Shown: one piece after another, positions 12,650 to 26,466 of the stretch | Numbering within the stretch: the first letter of the stretch is position 1 | Layout of the letters: the number at the start of each line of letters is the position of its first letter | Source of the DNA: Paramecium tetraurelia | Lineage: Eukaryota | Direction of reading: 5' to 3' | NCBI GenBank assembly: GCA_000165425.1 | Contig: CT868385.1 | Coordinates: 124,001 to 188,000 of the forward strand | DNA: 64,000 nt | Position numbers and translations under genes: made by a program | Notes under the pieces: model-generated | Seen by the model: only the letters and a program-made list of their open reading frames with translations | The model's database searches: none | What the model was told of the DNA's origin: nothing

Positions 12650-14583
12650 ATGAGAAGTGTCAAGAGTGCAAATTCTAGAAGACCTATGTCTACCATTCCG
12701 AAGGCATAATCATAGATCATGGAAATTGGTTTGTCTCCACAAATCAGAAGGTTCGTTCCTAGTATGCACAACCTACTTGAAACTTTGTATGCCAAGAAAT
12801 GTGAAGAATTAAAGATTCAGTTACAACCAGATCAAATGGCGAGATTTCAAGAAAAGGTTTTGACTTAATATTAAGGACACACAATTGATTTATCAGAATT
12901 ATCATTGCCTGCCAATTGCATACCCCTAATCAATAAAGTTGTAAAAAATATTCCCTTTGTCGTTCTTTCACAAAATCCACTCTATGATGGGATAAGAAAT
13001 CTATAACTTCCCATGGTCAGTTTGACCTTATGTAATTGTGGAATAGGTCCTAGAGGATTGGCAGTTCTTTTCCAAACTCTTTCAATCAATCAAACACTCT
13101 ATAATCTCAATATTGGCAATCCCTTTTCAAACGAGAGGAATAGACTTGGTTTAGCCTTGAATCAATTGGCCGAAGCATTGAAAAAAAATAGAATTTTAGC
13201 CATTTTGGATATCAGCGGTTGTGGCATTTATGATTTAAGAAAATTAAACAGTGCATTTGCAGAGAACCGTAATCTATTGCACATAAATGTTTCTGACAAT
13301 GAACTTAAAGATGCTCTCATCTTGCCACCCTATTTGGAGAGATTGGAAGCTCAGAATAACATGTTTGGATAACAGGTAGTGCAAATATGTGAATAACTGA
13401 GACAAGGTTCTGATTCTGTTCATGCACGAGAAATCAATCTCAAAAGAAATAAATTAACAATTCATCATTTGTTTGCTATATTAGAACAAATTGAGAGAAA
13501 TACTCATTTAAATAAATTGACACTAGATGAGAACACGTTTATAGGGGAGAACAATATTTGCATATGCAATTATCTTGTGTATAACAACCACCTTGAATAT
13601 TTGTCATTGAGGAATTGTTCATTGACTCAGAACTTTATCGAACAATTGGCATCTGGATTATGTAGAAATGGAAGCTTAAAAACCTTGGATATTAGTAAGA
13701 ACATCATTGGAGATCAAGGAGCTTTGGCACTTGTATAAGGATTCTAGGGATCATGCAATCTGAAGAGTATTGTTATGAAAAGATGCGGTTTAACTGATTT
13801 GAGTGGATTAGAACTATTCAAAACATTTCTAAAATCCAATATTTAAGAGTATGATTTCTCAAATAATCTTATGGGAGATTAGACTGCTATGTATGCAATT
13901 TAATTGATAAAAAAGAACAAGGACATCATCAAGATGAGTTTTAAAAAGAATCTCAATTCATATGAGACAAACTAATAAATTGAAAAATTACTATACGATA
14001 ACATCTAAGATAGAAAAAGAAATGTTATTCCTCATCTACGTCACAAAGTCTAAGGAATGACTGATTACAGAGAACAATAGGATTTTGTTGATAAGAAAAA
14101 AGAACAGCTTTCTATGAAAAAGACACAAGCAGAAAGTGATTTTAAGTTTGCTTAATCTCAAGTAGTTTTATGTCAATAAGGAGCCAAAGAACGCACCTAG
14201 GCAGTTGAAGAACGATTGACCAAATTAAGGGAAGAAGCACAATAATTAACCACGTAACAGTTGAATTTAGATAAATTTCTCTGGAATCAAATTGCAGTTA
14301 TTGAAGATGAGTAGAAATTAATTGCTGACAACATCAAAAATGAAAATGCATCAATTGTAAACTTAAATAAACAAATCTAAGATACATAAGTATAAATTCA
14401 TATTATTTTAAGAGTAAATCAAAATCAATTGTTTAATTTTACAAATAACAGATGGAGAATCTAAGATTACAAGATGGAATCACAAAGAGAAAGGTAGATC
14501 AACTATAACAAGAATATAATAGCGTTTTGGCCTAATTTGAATTTGTTAAAAAATAGTAACAGAAACCAATTATTAAAAAATGA
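12650..14583 (+). CDS. Leucine-rich repeat protein (RNI-like LRRs) with a C-terminal coiled coil
   Basis: Repeated LxxLxLxxNxI motifs (LKTLDISKNIIGDQGALAL, LEYLSLRNCSL, LLHINVSDNEL); intron near 14390-14412. Confidence 0.9.
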
Positions 14584-15400
14584 TAATATTATTTAATTAT
14601 TGATATTTATTTTTAAACATTCACACTTTATTTTCATACAATAGAAATACTACTTATTTTTTGAAAAAATCATAATTCATTATTTGATTACTTTAATGAT
14701 TATAATCTAGATACCTAATGGAAGTCAAAAGTGTGAGTTTTGAAAAGCTCATTAAAATGTTCTTAACTCATTAGTAGTTTATTGAAGGAAATTATTATGG
14801 AACTCGAAAGGAAATAAATTAGAATCCTAGCTGAAGGATGTATTACACCTGAGTTAAGAGAACCTCTTCAATTAAAATGACAAAATTTCTAAGCTTAATA
14901 ATATTTAATCCCAATTGACATAAAAATGTATTTCTTTAATGAATGTGCTCATATTGATTAATCATTTTGGGTCAAATTTATAAAAAATGGAGTGCTGATT
15001 ATATTTTCATTCATATCCATCCTAAAGTGCTCAGAATTTTTGGTTATAATATAATTTAGTTTTTGAATGTTAATTTTATTTATTTTTATGCAAATAAAAA
15101 AAAAATACGGTTCTTTTCAAAATGATCAGTTCCTTCAAAATAAGAATATTTTATTAATTATCATAATTATTATCAAGCAGTTGTTGTAGATAATATTTGT
15201 ATTTAATTTGAATTTTTTCTTCTAGCTGCAAAAATATTATTAATTCAATTCATTTTATAAACATAATTTATCTTATTCAAATAAATAAAATGGACAGGGA
15301 TATCATAAATTTGACAATTTTCAAAAATAAATAGGTCACTATAAAAAATCTTTCTAATTTGAGGATAAAAATATTAAATATATAGATTAAATTTGAATTT

Positions 15401-15691
15401 TCAATTAAAAAATCCTATAAGATAAATGATCAGAAAATAACACTTTTTTTTGTTATTTAATGTGATCTAAATTACAACAATCATATTTTTATTCACCATA
15501 CAAAATAAGAATTATGCTATAGAAGCTGATTTGAAATTAAAAAAGGTTGACTTCTAAAAAGCCACAGCTAAATAAGATTAGGGAAGGGAGAAAAGACAAC
15601 CAATTTAAAGCAGGTCGGGGGAGAAAATTGTGGTAGAAGCGAAATCATCTGTTGTCATACTGAGTTTTGTGTATTCAATCTTGATAGACAT
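15401..15691 (-). CDS. Possible small hypothetical protein or relic (MSIKIEYTKLSMTTDDFASTTIFSPDLLQ...)
   Basis: ATG-initiated 97-codon frame with a GC-richer 5' half; no domain. Confidence 0.25.
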
Positions 15692-16298
15692 AAATATTTA
15701 TATATTATTCCTATTTTCATTTTGCTTGCTCCTGTTTTTTGTTTTTATTTTCACCTAAACTAAAAATATATAATTAGATTTTTTAAACCTGAAAATATAG
15801 GTGTTTTGAAATTTTTATTTTTAAATCATAGCACTAGAGGACGTCAAACCAAATAAATAAGAATGCTATGAAAGTAAGTTTTGAATTAAAAATAATTTAG
15901 TTTAAAATTTTGACTTCTTTGAACATTCATGGATTACTCAAATTTGTTTTATAATGATGATGAAAGTCAATTAAAATATTTTTTCAGTATTTATGAACCA
16001 TATCAATAAATCGAATTTTTTGGTGTCCTTATTTTTAAACAAAAAGTATATATAATTATATTTTATAGAATATCTTTTTACATTATATATTAGCGGTTAA
16101 TTTAAGCAACCTTTATTTATTCATAAATTATTTCAGCTCTATTAGCATGGTTTGAATATTTTAGATTAATATATAAAATAAGAATTTTTAAACAAATTGG
16201 TTTTGTAACTTAGTAATGATATATATATCTTAATATAGATTTTAAGAAAGAGAATACTAAATATTCCCTGTTTTATACAATAATACAGCGAATTAATA

Positions 16299-17451
16299 TC
16301 ATTGAAATTGTTAATCTTCATCTCCAATTTATAAAGAAGAAAGGTCAGAAAAAATAGATTTTTAGTCTTCTCTTTAAGCTTAAGGTATAGATTCGTCTTA
16401 TTGAGGTATTGCTTTAAGTTCTTCAAGTTATGACATTTCAATTCTGGTGCTCTTTAAAGATTTCTTGGGTGACTTAATTTATAGGAAAGGATGATTTAAC
16501 AATTCTTTAGCTTTTTTTCTTTATTTTGGTTCAAATTATAGACAACATTCAAGAAAGCCCCTTAAATTATCAGAAATGTTGCGTGGAAATGGGGGAGGAC
16601 ATTTCTTAGAAGAGATGGAGAATAAAGCTTATAATGGGTTATCAAAATGTCCCCAAGGAGGGAGAGCAGTCAGCATTTCTAAGACTACACATCCCAAACT
16701 CCAAATATCTGAATACCTACCAGATTCTTATTGATTTAATACTTCAGGAGCCATCCAATTAGGAGTTCCTTTTAATGAATACGATTATTATCCTATTAAA
16801 CTGCAACCAAAATCAGCTAATTTACACACTCCTCTTGTGTCCACAATGATATTTGCTCCTTTAATGTCTCTATGAATGATTTTTTTCTAATGCAAGTAAA
16901 TCAAGCCTTAGAGAATGTCCCTAGTATATTTTTGGATCACACTTTCAGTCAACTTACCAAATTTTTTAAGAATCTATGCAATTGACCCACCTAGGTTCTA
17001 TTGAGTTATAATTACCCCCAGCATATTCAAGAAATATACTTAAATGAGTACCATCATTAGTACAACCATAATATTCAACAATATTGGGATGTTTTAATAA
17101 ACTCAAAACTTAGATTTCTTTATAAAAAGAGTTTAAAGACTCTTTGTCAACAAGGAATATTTCGATCTATTTAACAGCAAATACTCGTCCTGTTTGTAAA
17201 TCGAATCCTTAATAAACAACACCAAAGGAGCCTTACCCTAAAAATACTCCTTTTTTCCAAGACTTTATTGTAACTGGTTCTTTTTGAATAGTTACCTTCT
17301 CCTCCTCAAAATCAGAATCATACCCATCTGAATTATAATTAATTATAGTTCGTTATTTTAATGATAAAGTTAAGGCAGTTGGCTATTGCTGAACTTTACA
17401 ATGAGCCTCTTTCTTAAAATATTTGCATAATTAAGTAATATATTATCCCAT
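16299..17451 (-). CDS. STE11/MAP3K (NPK1/MEKK-like) Ser/Thr protein kinase
   Basis: [30 protein letters not shown] (25-nt intron), [29 protein letters not shown]; starts MGQYITQLC. Confidence 0.93.
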
Positions 17452-17692
17452 AATTAATAATATCATTCATAATATAAGAGTATTCCATTTAATTAAAAAG
17501 AAATCTATCCTTAAATTAGATTAATACTCATAAAGGATCAGTATATAAACAAGAGAAACATATTCAAATATATACTAACAAAAAAAGTAATATAAAACTT
17601 CAATTATATATAATTGCAACAAAATTTTTAATCTAATTCTAGAAATGAGATTTGTTATTTTTCGAGTGTATGAATATGATTTTATCAAATAC

Positions 17693-18227
17693 TCAACCGT
17701 GAAACTTTTTAGATATTTTGAAAGGATGTCGAAATCGATTTTTGATATTTGATCCTGCGATTAGTCCATCATCTTATTTATAAAATGCTGGCTCTATTTC
17801 TGGATAGGGATAATTCTTGTCTCCTAAAAAATGAACGGGAATTCTTAGATTAACCAATAATTCTTACTAGTTTCTCTTCTTTTCTAGTGTAGGCACTCGA
17901 GATTTTCTTTACATTATGTCCTCTAGGCTAACCAATCCTTCAGTTTCTTTATTGGCTTAAATAAATGTTCGTTTTCCAATAGATAAGTCTTCGTGATGTT
18001 TACTTTCTTTCGAGGTGCAATGTTTTTTTTATCTATCTAGCAAAATTAAAATCTAAATTACCCAACTGATCAGATGGACCAGCAAACCAATCTAATCTTG
18101 TCATTCTTTTGTCAGAATTACAAGGTGTCAAACTAGGAAATCCTCCTAATTCAACACTCGGCTTATATTTAAACTGAAACCGCCCTGTTGAACTAGCTTA
18201 ATAAAATTGCGATTTCGTGGTAAACAT
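17693..18227 (-). CDS. Hypothetical protein (…LGDKNYPYPEIEPAFYKQDDGLIAGSN…)
   Basis: ATG at 18227; coding-like composition; one likely 24-nt intron near 17846-17869. Confidence 0.55.
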
Positions 18228-19017
18228 GTTTTGTGATTATAATTAAAATAATAATAATACTAGATCAATAAATGTCCCAATATTTAATAAAAAAAATATG
18301 TCCCATTATAAAGATGATAGAAAGTAAATGTAATGATTGATAAATTTAATTTATATTTTATTCTCCTTTCAACTCCTTTAGACGACTAAAAACTTACTAT
18401 TGATTTCTTAAAATAGGCATTATAAGATTCATCATTGAGTTTATGAAATATTATAGGTTTTTTAATATGAATTAATACAGAGAATATATATGTACTTATT
18501 ATCTTACTAATAAAATGATAAATAAAATCTATGCAGATTTCATAAAATGGGAGGAATCAATCAATTTTATTTATTTATTATTTTACTCATATTCTTCACT
18601 TTGGGTCATGTTTAAAAATAGGTTAAAAAAAAGTTAAATTTAGAGTCTAAGTTCCAATTTTAATTGAAAAAGACAAAACTTGAAGTATATTTAATAAGAA
18701 AGCCTATAAAAGGAAATATATGTATATATATATAGGTTGGGTTTTATACTAAATATTAATAATCGCAAGTATTTCTAATTACACAGAGTGGATCAAATTA
18801 ACTCGAATTTACCTAAGCGTGCACCTATAGGATTATATGGTTTTGCTATTTTAATATCGAAAATGATCACAATGTGTGTTATAATGATTGATGCAATATC
18901 AAAGTTTCGGTTTATTATGATTAGATTAAATAATTAATATTAACCTTGGGGTTCTGATAAAAAACCAGAAATTGATGGAACATTATATTATTTTTTATAT
19001 TTTTCAGTTGATAATAG

Positions 19018-22000
19018 ATGCACTTGTTTAGCCATGATGAAATTAATTTATTGGAGGTATCCTAATAGAGGATTGCTAGGCCGCATAAGATGGATAGTTA
19101 GAGTTCATAAGTAATCAGCTGATCTCTTTGTCGTCAAAACAGTTGTAGGATGCTTGCAAAAAGACAGATTATTATGGTAGAAACGCTTTGCATTATGTAA
19201 GTGGATTACTAAGGTAGGCTGCTTACAGAGGACACTATGAGGTAGTTGAATATTTCCTTGATTTGCAGTGTATAAACATAAATTCGAAAGATAATAAAGG
19301 TAGGACATAAACTCTATGTTTAAAGGTAATACAGCATTAATGCTCGCTTGTGTTCGAGGATATAACTAAGATATTGCAAGTCTTAAAAAAGGTTCAAAGT
19401 TTGACATATGTTCACTACTTTTAGAAAGAGGTGCATCTCTTTAGGAGTTCAAGAAATAGGGGATAAATAACCCTTTGCATTGGACTTGTTATTTCGGAGA
19501 CTTAAAAACAACAAAATTATTGATGTTTGTGGAGCCTAGCTTAAGTAAATGAATGAATTGAGATTCTAGTGTTGTATTCAAATGATAGAGATTAGTTTCC
19601 AATCGATTTGGCATTGATGACTGGGAAAGAGTTGGATGATAGAGGAGAGGATGAAAAGGTCTTGGAGTTCATGATATTGAAGTTCTTGGCTTAATACTTG
19701 GACAATGATGAGCATAAAAAGAAGTTGGAATTATCATTGGATGAACATGAATCCTATAGATATTTGTAATAGAGCAATTTTAACATTAAATCCTCGAATT
19801 AATTAGCACAAGTAGGACTTCGATATTTGTTTTGGGCTAGTACATTGGGGAGATTGGATCTGGTGGAGCCTTTGATTAGATGTAAATACTCCCCCTTTGA
19901 GCCATCTTATAAGGGCAGAAATGCTTTGCATGCAGCTGTGTATCATAATAGAAAAGAATTGGTTGAATATTATTTGGAATCAGAATCTGTAAAGGAATTT
20001 CGAGAAGGGAACGTAATTAATAGAATGACCAAAGTTAAACCTCAGACCGCCTTGCATGTGGCTGTTGAAAGAGGACATATTGATATAGTAAAAACATTAA
20101 TAAAGAAAGGAGCAGATCCTAATTACTACAATTTTCGTAATCATCGAGCTTTTGATTAATCGAGATTGACAGAGATCAAACATTTGAAAAGGGAATTGTT
20201 GAATAATTCTGAAAAGAATTATATAAGATCTGGATACAACCATGTATTGGTAGGATGGCAAAGAGCAAAAAACTAATTGTTAGAATAATAATTCTACAAC
20301 ATACAATAAAAGAAGAATTTCGAGAAGGGAATGTTCAAATATTTGCCTATCGAATCTATAGATAAATAATACACATATTATTGTTTGAAGGTTGATGAAA
20401 AACTCAAAAATATGATAGCTGATGAAACTAAAATGATGATATACAATTCAAGGGAAGCCTGTTTATGTCCATTTAATATTCAAATTCAAGAACAATTTGA
20501 AAATTTCCATCACATTCATGACTAATAGATATTATAGACCTTATTGTATGATGAGTTTGACATTGATTAATTTATTAATGATGGTCTATTGATTGAATAG
20601 TATCCTCTTCATGATGAAGAAGAGAAAGAATTGATTTTGAAGTTTTGGAGAAATGAAAGATTTCACATTTTATTTGAACCCTTTTAATTAACTAGATCAT
20701 AAAGTAGAACATTTAGTGCCTTATCTTCCTACTTTGGTGCAGAAATAGGAATGTTTTTTGTATTCTTATGCTTTTTTACAACTTGGCTATTTTTGCCTGC
20801 TGTTCCTGGATTATTCATTGGGATATTTCATTTCATTAATGGAGATTCTATTAATTCTGTAGCTCCAATCTACACATTGTGTATGGCTGTATGGGCAACA
20901 ATATTCTTTGAGTTTTGGAAGAGAAAGTAAAGTGAAACCATGTACAATTTTGATATGCATGTTACTAAGGAATAAAGAAGGACGATTCCTTAATATAAGG
21001 GAGCTTTTATTATTGAAGATGTAACTCATACAATTGAAATTATGGACACGAGGAATGTCTAATGGAAGTATTTTAAATCAAACTTTCCCTTAGTTTTGAT
21101 CGCTATCATCTTCATTGGTGGAGAACAATTTGGGTATTATTATCTCAAGCAAATTAATGAGGGAGAATAGTTTTATGATTCTCTATGGGCATGTGTCCTA
21201 GCATTCTCGATACTTATAACAAATGAGATCTTTAATTTTTTTGCTAAACATACATTAAATTATGAAAATCATTAATATCAAGATGAAAGAGAAAATGTAT
21301 ACATTCTGAAAGTGTTTGCCTTCACTTTTCTGAATTCATTCGGTCGATTATTTTATAGAAGTCTAATTAGACCCGATTCTGAAGAACTAGATTTACTGAG
21401 TATATCATTTACTATAACTTGGTCACTTGTTCATTTGATAAGGTACACACTCTACCCTCTCATATCGTTTGCTTTTATAAAGATTAAATTTAATTGGGAT
21501 TTCAACAAATACAAATAAAACAATTCAAAATAGTTAGCTGTTGCTTAAAGAATAAGTGTTTATGATACTGAAACTAGTGCCATCAACAAATCAGTAGATA
21601 AAGGATTGTCTACTCTATACTTTCTATCCTAAATTGAATTAAATAGTAGAATGATTGATCCTCCAAATCATGTGGAATAATTTACTTATTTTGTATATCA
21701 TGATATTAATATAGATGACTCAATTTTGCATGGCCACTATGTTCAGTGCAGGATCTTAAATAATTCCCATTGCAATTTTATTCTTTAACATTCTCAATAT
21801 AGAGGGTCTCATTTATGGATATAGAAAGTTTGTTAAGCGACCATTAGCAGAACCAAAAAAGAGCATCGGTGTTTGGAATGACATCCTGCAATTAGTTGGA
21901 TACATAGGGATTGTGTCGAATTGTTTATCCATTTATCAAGCAAATTAGACACAATTGAATTCATTGATTGGAGAAGATCCGAATGCTTCCAATGATTAAA

Positions 22001-22228
22001 CCGATGTATAAATAGCATCTTAATTAGCTTGGACTTCGGAATTTTCTCTTTCTCATAGTAGCTGAACACATTGTTATTGGAATCAAATTTGTAATTGAAG
22101 GAGTAATTCCAGATGAACCTGAATGGGTTGAATTGATACTTAAAAGAGAGGAATTCTTGTCTGACAAGAACAAGACAAAGAAGGGGGAATAGTCGAAAAT
22201 TATTGAAATCAAAACCAAAAAAGAATGA
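19018..22228 (+). CDS. Ankyrin-repeat plus anoctamin (TMEM16) domain membrane protein
   Basis: About 8 ankyrin repeats (GRNALHYAAYRGHYEVV, GNTALMLACVRG, QTALHVAVERGHIDIVKTLIKKGADPN), then anoctamin motifs YFGAEIGMFF, WATIFFEFWKRKQ, ENHQYQDERENVYILKVF, KRP...IGVWNDIL, IVAEH...IPDEPEWV. Confidence 0.92.
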
Positions 22229-22261
22229 ACAAACTTTTTATATATATAATTAATTTAACTG

Positions 22262-23971
22262 ATGAATAGTAAAACAAACTTAAGATAAATGATATCAAAA
22301 AGAACACCTCTAAATGAAAGAGTGAATAGAAACCCTTATGATTAGGAAGTTAAATATACTAATAAATCATTCACTTCTGGTAAAAAATAATCAGCTAATA
22401 AAATAAACTCAATCATTAGTGACATGCTATCAAAACGTTAAAGTTCCTAGGATATATAAAATCCAAAAGCATCTTTGATCAGATCTGAGACCAGTAATCA
22501 AAATGCATCCTAGAGATCTGTTTCACCTACTAGACTTTACTAAATGCCTGAATCCCTCAAAAAAATATACAATTAAATCCATCAAAAATGTGTTGATTCG
22601 TCCAACTAAAAATATCCCATTAAATAAAAATCAAAGTTTCTCAAGTAAAGAACAGAAGAATCAAAGTTTTCAACTTAATGCACTCCCACCTCAGATTACA
22701 CTGAATAATATTTGATCAATTTAGTCAATTAAGAAGAGTGTGTTTTTACCATCCTAGCTGTTGTTACTAAACAAAGAAAAGTAGTAAAGTTATGCTAAAA
22801 CTTTTTGAATGCCATTCCTTAATCCTAAGGAGATTGCAAAGATATTATTCAATAGAAAATCGTTTGTAAATAAATGTTATTAGAGAGAATGGGAATCTTT
22901 GTAATTATGCTCTAAGCATTAACAGAAAATTATGAGGATGAATTATAACATATTAAGAATCTGTTACTTTATATCCATAGTGGCATGGTCATTTACTTAG
23001 AATTTTTAATTAAGCAAAATCTAACAGAAGATTAAAAGAACATCTTATAAAATAGACTGAGTAAAATAAAGTATAATAGAAGATCTAATAAATCCATTCA
23101 GGATATTACTTAATTGAAGAAACATGCAAATGTTGTTCATTCGTTGTTAATCTTATTGTAATCATTTGAATTATGATTGTAGCATAGAAAATTCTAGTGA
23201 TTTGAAGTGTGTAAGACTCGAGAAACTATTGTAAAATATCGATTAGATTTCCTTATAATAAGGGACTATGTTAATCAAACAATAATTCGATAAAGTCATT
23301 TGTGAAATCAACAAGATGAGATAAACTATGGATACAAATGAAACTGAGAAAACTCTCGAATAAGAAGAAATAGAGAAACATTTGGAACTTAAAATACCTT
23401 ACTTGCCAAAATTCAATGGTTATACTTTAGTGATTGATTTGGATGAAACTTTGGTTCATTATTAAGAAGTATTTGTATATCATTGATCAAGTTAGTTGAT
23501 GATGGCTAATTCTTAGTTAGACCATATGCTGAGTAATTCTTATTAGAGATGAGCAAATATTACGAGATAGTAATATTCACAGCAGCCTTACAGGATTATG
23601 CAGATTTCATTCTAGATTTGATTGATAAAAACAACATTATTTCTCATAGATTGTACAGATAGCACACTACATTAATAGATGGAACACATGTTAAAGATTT
23701 GACATTTGTTGGTAGAGATTTAAACACTACTATCATAATTGATAATATGGCCGAGAATTTCTAGCATCAGCCAGAAAATGGTATTTGTATCTAAAGCTGG
23801 TATGGTGATGAGGAAGATAGGGCTTTATATTAATTGGCTCCCATTCTCTCTTAAATAGTTATTAAGAAATGTAAGGATATTAGGAATGCTCTGAGATGTT
23901 TGAGGAATCAAATGCTGGAGAATATAGAAAATGGAGTTGAGGATCCTCATTTGCATTTATCTTTGAATTGA
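22262..23971 (+). CDS. FCP1/SCP-type (NIF) CTD-like HAD phosphatase
   Basis: TLVIDLDETLVH, VRPYAEQFL, EIVIFTAA, RLYRQHT, KDLTFVGRDL, IIIDN; intron near 23469-23490. Confidence 0.93.
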
Positions 23972-24038
23972 TATTCGTTATGGTATAATTTAAATAATTA
24001 ACTTTAATATTCTGTAATATTAATATTCTAAATTACTT

Positions 24039-25331
24039 ATGAAAGTGTTATGTTGCTTTTTCTTTTGGATTTCATTTGTGAATAGTTTAATTAAGGAGTT
24101 TCAAGCGAGTCAGAATTATTTGCTAATTGAAATATTTAGTGAGGACTGGATTGATATGAAAATTGAAGTTGCAGAAAACTCAGTTATAATGAATGAAATA
24201 GCATAATAAAATACTCAATATTTAAACATGTATTACAAACTCAAAATTGGATCAGACTATAGATTGGACATTTTTGTTATGCCAGATAGTAATTTTACTA
24301 TCAGTGAGGCCCCGTTCAGAAGCTGTCCAAATAATTGTTCAAATAAGGGAGATTGTCAAAACTTATAATGCCGCTGCTAAGTCATGGCTGCGGGGTATAT
24401 AATGCTGATATAAATTTAGAGATAGATGCCAATATGAAGTTGTTTAACTCTATAATAGGAGTCAATATTCTGAAAGCCTGAAATCTCATTAAACATTAAT
24501 TATTGCAATCTTTTATTAGCAAGATCAATTAATAGACGATTAGGAGTAATATTTTATAAAATTTTGAGTTAGACAAGAAATCTCCAAATCGAGTCATCCT
24601 CATCTGTGGATTCACACATCTATTTACTTTAACCCTTTTAATATCCGGCAACCAACCTGATTGACGAAAAACAGATTTATGAGGGGTAATTGACATCGAC
24701 TCCAGAGGAGATTGATTACTCTAGTAAATTTGAAAAGTACCGCATTCAAGCCAGCTATTACTCTTTTGTGCTAGTATTAAAAAATATGAGTTCTCAGAAA
24801 CAAGATGTCGTTCTCAAATATCAATTACTTGATAATGAATAAAAGTTCTAGGATTTTATTTTGGTAGCCATTCTGAGCGTAATCTCATTCATCATATTGT
24901 TGATTATAATTTATATAGTTAGAAGAAGGTGTTAATATTTATCATAGAGTTAAGCAAAAGAAAATCAAGAGGAATAGTCAGATAATATTGTTATCTAATT
25001 AATGCCTATAGTAAATCCTGTCAAAGATTAAGATTGTGTAATTTGTTTAGATCCATTAGATAACAGATTGTGTAGACAAACTCCTTGCAAACATGTCATG
25101 CATGATAACTGTTTGAAATAATGGATTTAAAAATAATTGACTTGTCCAATGTGTAGGGAAACTTTGAATGATGTAGAACATGTACCCAGGGCTTTTAAAT
25201 CAAGAAACCAAACATCGAACACTTTCATTCTCAGTCACCAAGGTCAATCTATTGTATAAAGTGACCGTAATTCAGTTCGCTCTATGATCATTACTCGAAC
25301 CAGATAAAGCAGACTAGCTGTTTTTTAATGA
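24039..25331 (+). CDS. Type I membrane RING-H2 E3 ligase with an extracellular EGF-like module
   Basis: Signal peptide MKVLCCFFFWISFVNS; EGF-like CPNNCSNKGDCQNLQCRC...GDRC; TM ILVAILSVISFIILLIIIYIV-RRR; RING CVICLD...PCKHVMHDNCLKQW...CPMCR. Confidence 0.88.
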
Positions 25332-25474
25332 AAATGAGTATAATCATTAACCCTCCAACATTATTATTAAATTAATTTACATCTCAAATTGACAATCAAT
25401 TTATTTCATTCATTGAATTCATTTCTATATAACTTTGAGTTCTAAAACATTAAAAAAATTAAAATCTTTTTTTA

Positions 25475-26029
25475 ATGCCTCCTAAAGTCGACCCAAATGA
25501 AGTTAGATTGATCAATATCAAAGTCTTCGGAGGAGAAGGTGGACCTGCTTCAACTCTTGCTCCAAAGTTGGGACCTCTCGGTCTTGTAATTATAATTGCA
25601 TAATATAAAAACAGAATCCTAAATAAGTTGGTGATAAAATTATTGCAGAAAGTGGAAAATGGAAGGGTATAAGAGTTATGGTCAACTTGAGATGCCAAAA
25701 CAGAAATGCTGATGTTACAGTCATCCCTACATCAAGTGCATTACTAATCAAAGAAATTGGAGTATAAAATATTCACAAATTAATTTATTAAGGGTTATGA
25801 AAGAGACAGAAAGAAAACCAAGAATGTTAAACACAACGGAAATTTGACACTCGAATAAGTCATCAAAGTGGCCAGAGCTGTCGAAGAGAAGTCTCTTGCT
25901 AAGACCTTTACAGGAACAGTCAAATAAGTATTAGGTACTGCATAATCTCTTGGTGCAACTGTTGATGGACAACCAGTTAAAGCTATTATTGGAAAAATTA
26001 ATTCTGGTGAACTTAAAGTTGAAAAATGA
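25475..26029 (+). CDS. RPL12: 60S ribosomal protein L12 (uL11)
   Basis: [10 protein letters not shown]...[19 protein letters not shown]...[14 protein letters not shown]...[17 protein letters not shown]; introns 25586-25614 and 25762-25792. Confidence 0.98.
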
Positions 26030-26466
26030 TGATGAAAATTAAGTATTCATTTTATGCACAAAATAATAAAATATAATAAATTACAAATATTGTTTATTTC
26101 ATATTGCCATTTATTATTTATTATTGATTACTAAGAAATCCATCAACACAGTAATTTATCAATCCAATTAAGATATCCTTAATGGTTTTATAGACTAAAC
26201 ATCCCATATTCACTATGTATAATATATTGAATAGTTGATATTATTATTATTAAGAGAAATAAATAATATTTTTTGGTTAAATTTATAACTATATTTTTTA
26301 ATTTCACTCATGAACCAAGAAATACTAAAAAGTAATTATATAATCTCATTAGAATAAATATTTCGAAAATTTTTGATAATTAATTAATCGTATACTTTAT
26401 TTATGAATAATAAGAATTAGAAATTAAATGATTTGTTAATTTTTTATAAATTAATGAAAAAGAACT

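Noticed and set aside
18946..18953. ttggggtt telomere-like hexamer
   Set aside because: Single unit; no tandem telomeric tract
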